A stretch of DNA of 64,000 nucleotides from Candidatus Woesearchaeota archaeon (GTDB lineage Archaea > Nanobdellota > Nanobdellia > UBA10117), in contig CAYGXM010000001.1 of NCBI GenBank assembly GCA_964354105.1, positions 85,392 through 149,391 of the forward strand, written 5' to 3'. Shown here in pieces: positions 43,552 through 51,120 of this stretch. The translations under genes and the position numbers were made by a program. Position 1 is the stretch's first letter; the number at the start of each line of letters is the position of its first letter. The notes beneath the pieces are model-generated. The model made no database searches and was not told the origin of the DNA. It saw nothing but the letters and a program-made list of their open reading frames with translations.

Positions 43552-45825
43552 ATGTCACAACCTGGAGAATTTCAAGTCAAGACAGAAGGTGGAATCAAAG
43601 TTCTTCGCATCAATTATGAGGGAGTTCTTTACACACCAAGCATAGAGGATGACCTAAACATAATGTCCAGAGTTTTTGACATTTTATTGGAAGTCGGCAA
43701 AGTAGGCAAAATCGTTTTCCTGCAGAGAGAAGAATATGAATATGATTGGGCGCAGGTGCGCTTGCTTTCAGAAGTAGTAGATGCTTACAAAAAATTAGTC
43801 CTGGAAGAAAATATTCTGGAAACGTCGAAGCTTGGAGCAACATCTGAATGCCAGAGATACATTCCCGGGTGGTATGATTTCTTAAGGGATACAATTATGC
43901 ACCAGCTGAAAGAAGATCCTATTGGAGCTTATGTTGAATTAGTGAGAAAGCATAGGGAGGAGTTGATAAAACAAAGAAATCCGCCAACTCCTGATTATGC
44001 GCTTTGTTCGCAAAGCTTCATCGAAATACTGCAGCACGCTATTGATGTAATAGGGAATACGGCTTTAATCAAAATATCCGCACAGCACCTGCCCGGCTTC
44101 AAGCCAGGGGACAGGACTTTATACAAACTGCACTTCAGGCCGGCGATTCGGCCTTATTTTGTTTATACAAAATTAGTTACCGAATATCCGACCGGAGCTG
44201 AAGAAATTGACAGTTATAGAATTGCAGAAGATACCGAAGTCCTGATTCTGAGAACACCGCAAGACCTCAGGCTAATTTACCACATAATTCCGCCGGAATT
44301 CAAGCTGACAGAAGAAAAGTATGCGCTCCTGACTGAAGCCAGAGAGGTAATGGCTGAGCACAGGCCGCAAAAGTCTGAATTTATAGACCCTGCAAGAACA
44401 AGGGAAATATTTCTGTCTGTTGAAAGGGATTTGATCCAAGATTTAGCAAGGAACAAAGGACTGAAATTAAATTATAAAGAATTAGAAGAGCTGGCAAGAA
44501 TCCTGCTTAGATATACAATAGGGTTTGGATTGATTGAAATCTTGCTTACAGATCCAAACATACAGGATGTTGTTGTCAATGCTCCGCTGGGAGCCAATCC
44601 TATTTCCATAATACACGGAGATTATGGCGAATGCCGGACAAACATCACGCCATTGACAAAAGAGGGAGAATCTTGGGCGACTAAGCTTCGCTTGATGAGC
44701 GGAAGGCCATTTGACGAGGCCAATCCCGTTTTAGACACAGACTTGTTACTGCCGGGTGCAAGGGCAAGAGTTGCAGCATTACAATCACCTTTATCGCCAT
44801 CAGGATTTGCATTTGCCTTCAGAAGACACAGAGATAAATCCTGGACGCTTCCATTGTTCATTAAAGCAGGCATGCTAACGCCATTAGCTGCAGGAATCAT
44901 TTCATTTTTAGTTGACGGTGCGCGCACAATTTTAGTAGCAGGAACAAGGTCTGCTGGAAAAACATCCCTGCTGGGCGCTTTGATGGTCGAGATTGCAAGG
45001 ACAAACAGGGTGCTTACGATTGAAGATACGCTGGAACTTCCTGTTGTACAGCTAAGACACCAGGGCTATGACATATTATCGATGAAGACTCGCTCGGTTA
45101 TAACAGGAGCAGAGGCAGAAGTTCCTGCAGAGCAAGCTATCAGAACTGCATTAAGATTAGGTGATTCCGCTTTAATAATTGGCGAAGTTAGAAGTGTTGA
45201 AGCAAGAGCTTTGTTTGAGGCCATGCGTGTAGGAGCCCTCGCAAAAGTTGTTGCAGGAACCATCCATGGAGATTCGCCTTATTCTGTATTTGATAGAGTT
45301 GTAAATGACCTTGGTGTTCCGAAAACAAGCTTCAAAGCCACAGATATAATTATGACTGCAAACACAATAACATCTCCGTCAGGCTTGGAGCGTTACAGGA
45401 GATTAGTAAATGTCTCAGAAATCAGGAAATTCTGGACAGAGGATCCTTTATTAGAAAAAGGTTTTGCAGACCTTTTGGTGTATGATGCAAAAACAGACAC
45501 CTTGCAGCCAACTGATGTGCTCCTAGAAGGTGAATCAGAAGTTCTAAAAGCAATTGGAGGCCGTGTTAAGGAATGGGCCGGCAACTGGGATGCAATCTGG
45601 GGCAACATAGAATTAAGGGCCAAGATAAAGCAAGCTTTAGTTGAAAATGCAGCAAAATCAAAACTTCCAGACATCCTGGAAGCGCCATTTGTGGTGGCAT
45701 CAAATGACGAATTCCACAGGCTGTCTGCAAAAGTTGCAGAAGAAGTAGGATTTACAGACCCTAAAAGAGTCTTTACAGAATGGAATAATTGGTTAAAGCA
45801 GCATGTAAAGAAGATGAAAGCATAA
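43552..45825 (+). CDS. type IV filament assembly ATPase (FlaI/ArlI-PilB-VirB11 superfamily) with long N-terminal extension
   Basis: Motifs GFGLIEILLTDPNIQDVVVN, Walker A AGTRSAGKTS, LTIEDTLEL, Walker B ALIIGEVRSVEA and His box AGTIHGDSP. Confidence 0.9.
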   Translation: MSQPGEFQVKTEGGIKVLRINYEGVLYTPSIEDDLNIMSRVFDILLEVGKVGKIVFLQREEYEYDWAQVRLLSEVVDAYKKLVLEENILETSKLGATSECQRYIPGWYDFLRDTIMHQLKEDPIGAYVELVRKHREELIKQRNPPTPDYALCSQSFIEILQHAIDVIGNTALIKISAQHLPGFKPGDRTLYKLHFRPAIRPYFVYTKLVTEYPTGAEEIDSYRIAEDTEVLILRTPQDLRLIYHIIPPEFKLTEEKYALLTEAREVMAEHRPQKSEFIDPARTREIFLSVERDLIQDLARNKGLKLNYKELEELARILLRYTIGFGLIEILLTDPNIQDVVVNAPLGANPISIIHGDYGECRTNITPLTKEGESWATKLRLMSGRPFDEANPVLDTDLLLPGARARVAALQSPLSPSGFAFAFRRHRDKSWTLPLFIKAGMLTPLAAGIISFLVDGARTILVAGTRSAGKTSLLGALMVEIARTNRVLTIEDTLELPVVQLRHQGYDILSMKTRSVITGAEAEVPAEQAIRTALRLGDSALIIGEVRSVEARALFEAMRVGALAKVVAGTIHGDSPYSVFDRVVNDLGVPKTSFKATDIIMTANTITSPSGLERYRRLVNVSEIRKFWTEDPLLEKGFADLLVYDAKTDTLQPTDVLLEGESEVLKAIGGRVKEWAGNWDAIWGNIELRAKIKQALVENAAKSKLPDILEAPFVVASNDEFHRLSAKVAEEVGFTDPKRVFTEWNNWLKQHVKKMKA

Positions 45826-45875
45826 CGCAGCTTCACAAACCTGGGGTGTAATGGGTTTCGCTGATGCTCAAGCCC

Positions 45876-45900
45876 ATAGAAAAGCCTTACAAACTCATAG
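45876..45900. repeat. repeat family 4, copy b (between the ATPase and platform genes)
   Basis: Sequence CCTTACAAACTCATAGAGCTTCAAAA. Confidence 0.65.
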
Positions 45901-45930
45901 AGCTTCAAAAGTTCAAATTGAAAATCAAAA

Positions 45931-47982
45931 ATGGCCGAACTGACACCTGAACAGAGAAAAACATTGTTTCTGAAATATAAGGACAAGATAGAGAAAGAAG
46001 TGGACCAGCCGGCTTCTATTAAAGAAGGCCCTAATGTAACATATTCTGAAGCTTATCAGATTTTCAAGAAAGAGCAAATTGACATCGGGCACAGCTTGTT
46101 TGAGCGTTTGTGTGCTGGCTCTGAAAAAGTGATAAAACTAAAACTGAAGCCTTCTGAAACAGAAAGGCTTCTGCCGTCCCTCGAGATGGCACACATCAGT
46201 GCAACTCCTGAAAGCGTGTATTCTTTCGCGACAATAACAACACTCATAGGAATAGTTCTTTCATTTGTATCCGGCTTGCTGCTCGGGAATTTTTACATAA
46301 TAATAATTGGGATGATAGCCTCTGCAGGAATTTTCTTTTACATTCCATCAATACCAAAAAGGATGTTTATGATATGGCGCTCAAAAGCTTCCGACCAGAT
46401 TGTCCTGGCAGTTTTGTATATGATAATTTACATGGAGCACACGCCTAATCTGGAGTTGTCAACATGGTTTGCCGCAAAACATCTTCCGCCACCACTCTCG
46501 CTTGATTTCATAAAAGTTCTTTGGGATGTCGAAACTAAAAAATACAGCAACATAACTACAGCACTAGAAGATTATATTGAAACATGGAGGGGCTGGGATG
46601 ACGCCTTTATCGATTCGATACATGTCTTGGAAACTGCATTATTTGCAGAAACAAAATCTGAAAGGTTAAAGACTTTGGAGAAGGCGGAAGAAATAATTTT
46701 AGATGGAACATATGACAAAATGCTGACATTTGCGCATAATCTGCAAAGCCCGATACAGACACTGCACATGCTTGGAACAGTTCTGCCAGTGATGGGCCTA
46801 GTAATGCTGCCCATGGTATCTGCTTTCATGGGCGCGTCAATAAAATGGTGGCATATCGCAATTCTCTATAACTTTTTATTGCCAATATCTGTTTATGCAT
46901 TGTCAAAATCTGTTCTGGCAATAAGGCCTGCAGGCGCAAATCCTGCAGATGTTTACATGCATCTAAGCCAAAAGTATCTGAAGCCAAAAATACCGCCGGC
47001 GCTTGTTGGCTTTGGCGTTTTTGCAGCAGTTGCAGCACCTGCAGTCGCCTATTTCACTATTATACAGCCTGCAGGAACAGAAGCCTTCACGACGATGCCA
47101 CTTTTGTTTTCAACTCTAGTTACTACAGCAATAGGGCTCGGGTTTGCAGCGTATTATTTCTACAAAATAAATCACCTGATTGCCATCAAGAAAAAAATAG
47201 CCCAAATCGAGAGCGAATTTGCAGCAGCGATTTTCCAGCTAGGAAACAAGATTGCACAAGGCGTTCCTGCAGAAGCGGCTATTTCAGCAGTTATGGAAGC
47301 CATGCCAAAAGCAGAAGTAACTGATTTCTTCAGAATCATCGATTATAACTTAAGAGAGCTTGGGATGAACTTGAAAGATGCAATCTTTGATGAAAAGAAA
47401 GGAGCATTGTCATTTTATCCTTCAGCCATAATAAAATCAGTTATGAATACGCTAGTTGAAGCTGCAAGAAAATCTCCAGAAATTGCTGCCGCTTCGCTGA
47501 TAACAATTTCAAAATATCTCACGAATGCACACAGAGTTAATGAAAGGCTTCAGGACTTGCTGGCAGATACAACTTCATCAATGTCAGCACAAATCAAAAT
47601 GTTTGCTCCAGTTATTTCAGGAATTGTTGTAGGCCTTTCAGCTTTAACAACATCAATCTTGTCAGATCTGGGAGACAAACTGAGAGGATTCGAAGCAGGC
47701 ACAGAGACGCAAGGCTTCGGCACCGGTTTATTGCAGGTTTTCCAGATAGAGCACATGCTTCCTGCTTATCAATTCCAGCTTATCGTCGGCGTATATTTGG
47801 TACAAATTGTTATTGTAATGTCTTTCCTGCTAAATGGAATAGTAAACGGGCCTGATAAAATAGAACAGGAGAACATGATGTCGAAGAATCTCATATTGGC
47901 AACATTATTCTATGCGGGTCTTACTGTGGCCACAACATTATTATTTGCGGGTCTCGTCGGTGACATAGTGGGGGTAATCTGA
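45931..47982 (+). CDS. type IV filament platform protein (FlaJ/ArlJ-TadC-PilC family)
   Basis: 683 aa and polytopic. Two cytoplasmic T2SSF-like helical domains, e.g. ESEFAAAIFQLGNKIAQGVPAEAAISAVMEAMP. Directly follows the ATPase gene. Confidence 0.8.
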   Translation: MAELTPEQRKTLFLKYKDKIEKEVDQPASIKEGPNVTYSEAYQIFKKEQIDIGHSLFERLCAGSEKVIKLKLKPSETERLLPSLEMAHISATPESVYSFATITTLIGIVLSFVSGLLLGNFYIIIIGMIASAGIFFYIPSIPKRMFMIWRSKASDQIVLAVLYMIIYMEHTPNLELSTWFAAKHLPPPLSLDFIKVLWDVETKKYSNITTALEDYIETWRGWDDAFIDSIHVLETALFAETKSERLKTLEKAEEIILDGTYDKMLTFAHNLQSPIQTLHMLGTVLPVMGLVMLPMVSAFMGASIKWWHIAILYNFLLPISVYALSKSVLAIRPAGANPADVYMHLSQKYLKPKIPPALVGFGVFAAVAAPAVAYFTIIQPAGTEAFTTMPLLFSTLVTTAIGLGFAAYYFYKINHLIAIKKKIAQIESEFAAAIFQLGNKIAQGVPAEAAISAVMEAMPKAEVTDFFRIIDYNLRELGMNLKDAIFDEKKGALSFYPSAIIKSVMNTLVEAARKSPEIAAASLITISKYLTNAHRVNERLQDLLADTTSSMSAQIKMFAPVISGIVVGLSALTTSILSDLGDKLRGFEAGTETQGFGTGLLQVFQIEHMLPAYQFQLIVGVYLVQIVIVMSFLLNGIVNGPDKIEQENMMSKNLILATLFYAGLTVATTLLFAGLVGDIVGVI

Positions 47983-48113
47983 TGGAAGAGGAAGAAACTG
48001 AAAATTTGGTGAAGCTCATAGCGTCTGTCATAGTAATACTAGCCATAGTGGCTATAATAATCATTGCCTTAGGTACTGTCGAGATTCCAAGGGCAGCAGG
48101 AACTCCGAGATAA
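47982..48113 (+). CDS. 43-aa single-TM micro-protein; not in the supplied ORF track
   Basis: Sequence MEEEETENLVKLIASVIVILAIVAIIIIALGTVEIPRAAGTPR. Its ATG overlaps the platform gene stop codon. Confidence 0.4.
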   Translation: MEEEETENLVKLIASVIVILAIVAIIIIALGTVEIPRAAGTPR

Positions 48114-48117
48114 ACAA

Positions 48118-48561
48118 ATGGCAGAATTCACGATGGAAAAAATGCTAATTATCATTCTAGTAATAATTGCCTTCATTTTGTTTGTAATCATACTTTCAAG
48201 ATTTAATGTTGCGCTTGACTTCTGGTATTTGGGATGCGAAGGCGATGTAGGTGGAGAATTAGTTCCAGGAAAAGGCTATGCAAATCCTATCTGCGACATT
48301 CTTTCAGAAAGAGATAATGTATCATGCGAAGTCACGACATATGAGAACATAACGAGAAAAGACGGGGAAGAACTAACCCTTTGCGTTTGGAGCTATTCGC
48401 CAGAGCTCATTGGGGGGAGGAACATTACCTGCTTCTTGAATGAAAGATTAAGCTGTGAGAATTTCAACCAAAAGACAAAGCCAAAATGCCAGGATGTTCC
48501 TGACTGCCTGCCAGTCTCAGCATTAAAAGTTATAGTGCACAGGCTTGCACCGTCGGAGTAA
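48118..48561 (+). CDS. N-terminally anchored Cys-rich extracellular protein
   Basis: TM segment MLIIILVIIAFILFVIILS followed by 9 Cys in a 110-aa ectodomain. Confidence 0.55.
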   Translation: MAEFTMEKMLIIILVIIAFILFVIILSRFNVALDFWYLGCEGDVGGELVPGKGYANPICDILSERDNVSCEVTTYENITRKDGEELTLCVWSYSPELIGGRNITCFLNERLSCENFNQKTKPKCQDVPDCLPVSALKVIVHRLAPSE

Positions 48562-48562
48562 A

Positions 48563-49666
48563 ATGCAAAACAAAAACAAAAAAGGAGACATTACTGTTTC
48601 GGTGATATTTTTAATCGTACTTATAGCTGGTGGGCTTCTCGCAATATTTATTTTTGCTCCAATTCTCGCCGGAGCTTCACCAGCAGCAGCGGGCTTTAGC
48701 TGCGGCCTTAACATGCGAATAGACGCCGCAGTCATAGAAAACAGCAGGGTGCTTGGCAAGCCAGTCTTTGACGCGCCTATTTTTATGTGTGGCCAGTACA
48801 AAAAGCCTATTGACATAAATGCAAACAACTTCAAGGCCTGCCCTAGCATTTCTGATTTCTGCGAGAATGCGCAAAAAGGCTCTGCCTTGCAGGTTGAGTG
48901 CTGGAAGCAGTGTGCAAGAATCCAGATAGATAAATTGACAGACAGCTGCTGGACAATGGCTGGAAGCGGGAAATTAAATTTTGAAGACAGCTGGCTGGAT
49001 GGCTTTAAAGATATTGTATCAAATCCCTACACTCTTGGCGCAGTTATTGTCACGGGAGGCGTTGGGTGGTATGCAGGCGGAGCCCTGCTCGGCAAATTAG
49101 CAGTCGGCTCCACTTTCGTCATAGGCGGTTATTATTCAGGCACAGGGTCTAAAATACTGCGCTGTTATGAATACAGAATTGTAAATCCTATTGTCAGCCC
49201 GATTGACAAAAAGCCGATTAAATATCTTGACAATAGTTTAGGGCGCAGCTGGGCATATAGTTTAGAGTGCAGCTGTGACAATTGCACCAATCGCACTCTT
49301 TGCCCAAGCCTGATGAGCACACATCTTTGCAGGCCAACTGCTGAAGACCCAATGTGTTCTTTCGGCGGAACAGGCGTCTCGCACATTAATGAGATGGGTG
49401 AGCTAAAATATGTTATTAATGACAAGGATATAGCCACCCCTACTGATGATGTTGAATACCTTACAGGCGCAATTCTTAATTATAATATTACAGACCCCAA
49501 GAGCCAAATTTGCTACATTGCTTATCATCAGTCTAATGAAGGACCTAAAATTGAATACACCGATCCTGAGGGAAGTCACAGCGCAAAATTAAACAACAAG
49601 TATGTTGTCAGAAGCTGCAATTCGTGGAGCGCATATGCAGGCGGAGACGCCCACTTCATGAACTAA
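48563..49666 (+). CDS. pilin-like (class III signal-like) Cys-rich surface protein
   Basis: N-terminus MQNKNKKG|DITVSVIFLIVLIAGGLLAIFIF; about 20 Cys; a glycine-zipper-like second hydrophobic segment. Confidence 0.55.
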   Translation: MQNKNKKGDITVSVIFLIVLIAGGLLAIFIFAPILAGASPAAAGFSCGLNMRIDAAVIENSRVLGKPVFDAPIFMCGQYKKPIDINANNFKACPSISDFCENAQKGSALQVECWKQCARIQIDKLTDSCWTMAGSGKLNFEDSWLDGFKDIVSNPYTLGAVIVTGGVGWYAGGALLGKLAVGSTFVIGGYYSGTGSKILRCYEYRIVNPIVSPIDKKPIKYLDNSLGRSWAYSLECSCDNCTNRTLCPSLMSTHLCRPTAEDPMCSFGGTGVSHINEMGELKYVINDKDIATPTDDVEYLTGAILNYNITDPKSQICYIAYHQSNEGPKIEYTDPEGSHSAKLNNKYVVRSCNSWSAYAGGDAHFMN

Positions 49667-49716
49667 TTTATTATCGCAATAGTTAACTCTGCTTTTCAAG
49701 ACAGAAACTGTTGAAT

Positions 49717-49760
49717 GTCTTAATGTCAGTAATGCCTAAGCTTAACGTTAAGGCTTAATC
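49717..49760. repeat. intergenic repeat family 1, partial copy d
   Basis: GTCTTAATGTCAGTAATGCCTAAGCTTAACGTTAAGGCTTAATC shares the TCTTAATGT..CAGTAA seed. Confidence 0.4.
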
Positions 49761-49766
49761 ATAAAC

Positions 49767-50927
49767 TTAAAGCTTAACTCTTAATTGAAATTCGTTTAGT
49801 ATTTTATCTATCTTGTTTGCAGTCTTATCCCAACTAAATTTCTCGGCGTGCTTTCTAACTTTTTTTGAATATGCTGAAGCGCCCTTTTTGGCTACTATTG
49901 CCAGCTTTTTTGCAATGTCTGCTGAATCTGGAAACGGCTTTTTTATGCCCTTAGAACTTATTTTATACTGTCCTATTTTAACTCTCAGCTCAGGCGTAAT
50001 CTCCAATAACTCCTTTGATGCGCCCCAATCCAGTCCTATTACAGGTGTGCCGCAAGCCATGGCTTCTAAAGCCGGCAGGCCGAAACCTTCTGCACTTGCA
50101 TTTAGGCAAACATCTGCCAAATTATAAAATAAAACAAGATCTTTTTCAGTATAAATGTTATTGATGTAGCGCTGCGGGTCGGGAAAAGCGCAATTTTTCC
50201 TCAAGCCCAATTGCGCAACCAGGTCGAATAATTTGAAATAGCCAATTGGATGCGCATGTATGTAAATTTTCACCTTTAAGTCTGGATTTTCATCAATAAA
50301 TTTCTTGATGCCTGTCAATTGTTCTATGTAAGCCTTGTTTGCAGCATTTTTCTGCACTATTATTATGAGAAATTCATCTTCTTTTACAAGCGAAGGCGCA
50401 AATTTTTTCCTTATCTCCGTTTTTGAAGCTCCGAGCGGCTTGTACAAAGAAGAATCAACACCGTGATAAACAAAATCCTTGACATTAGACAAATCTGATT
50501 TCAGTTTTTGTTTTGCCCATTTGCACATAGGTATTATTCCGTTTACGCATTTTAGTTTTTCAAAAACGAAATCAGGTATTGGTTCAAAATCTATGGGAAC
50601 AAGGGCCAGCCATTTTATCAGGCCTTTTTTTGCGAAATCATAGGTTTTATCAAAAACAGAGAAATCTGATTCTGTAAAATACAAATCTGCAGAAAAGCTT
50701 TTGTAAATTTTTAACAAAGAAACTTCTCCTGTAGGGATATCTTTATTTAAATCACCCTTGAATATCGGAATACTATTTATTTTATCCGGGAAAAATGTGG
50801 CAGACACTGGAGCATAAATCCCTATTTCATATTTTTTAGACAAGCGCTTTACCCAGATTTCATTTAAGCTTCGAGCATAGCCGGTGTTTAAGCTAGGATG
50901 GTCTTTATGGGATACTAATATTTTCAT
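49767..50927 (-). CDS. GT-B glycosyltransferase, family 4-like
   Basis: Motif EGFGLPALEAMACGTPVIG (Ex7E region). Confidence 0.8.
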   Translation of the reverse strand: MKILVSHKDHPSLNTGYARSLNEIWVKRLSKKYEIGIYAPVSATFFPDKINSIPIFKGDLNKDIPTGEVSLLKIYKSFSADLYFTESDFSVFDKTYDFAKKGLIKWLALVPIDFEPIPDFVFEKLKCVNGIIPMCKWAKQKLKSDLSNVKDFVYHGVDSSLYKPLGASKTEIRKKFAPSLVKEDEFLIIIVQKNAANKAYIEQLTGIKKFIDENPDLKVKIYIHAHPIGYFKLFDLVAQLGLRKNCAFPDPQRYINNIYTEKDLVLFYNLADVCLNASAEGFGLPALEAMACGTPVIGLDWGASKELLEITPELRVKIGQYKISSKGIKKPFPDSADIAKKLAIVAKKGASAYSKKVRKHAEKFSWDKTANKIDKILNEFQLRVKL

Positions 50928-50984
50928 GTTGCTTAATGTTATAGAAAAATCAGGGTTTAAAATCTTATACTTTAGTGTGCACCC

Positions 50985-51081
50985 GTGATTTTTCTATTCC
51001 TCAAATTCGCGATTAAGCGAGAGGCGTAAAAACCACAGGCTTCAGCCCGTGGAATCACCTCGAGCAGCGAATTTGAGTTAT
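50985..51081 (+). repeat. intergenic repeat family 3, long copy with ~60-nt structured insert
   Basis: GTGATTTTTCTATTCCTCAAATTCGC[...CCACAGGCTTCAGCCCGTGG...]GCGAATTTGAGTTAT. It has the same flanks as 4634..4673 and an 11-bp closing stem. Confidence 0.6.
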
Positions 51082-51084
51082 GCA

Positions 51085-51099
51085 AGAAGATTTATATGC
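51085..51099 (+). promoter_or_regulatory. BRE/TATA-like promoter of the Kelch-like giant gene
   Basis: AGAAGATTTATATGC, 30 nt upstream of the ATG. Confidence 0.45.
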
Positions 51100-51120
51100 T
51101 TTAGCATATAGATTATTTTT

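Noticed and set aside
43552-47982. Calling the ATPase/platform pair an archaellum (arlI/arlJ) operon
   Set aside because: No ArlH (KaiC-like) and no recognisable ArlF/G, ArlC/D/E or archaellin genes are adjacent. The downstream genes look like diverse pilin-like and adhesin proteins. I kept the call at the generic type IV filament level.
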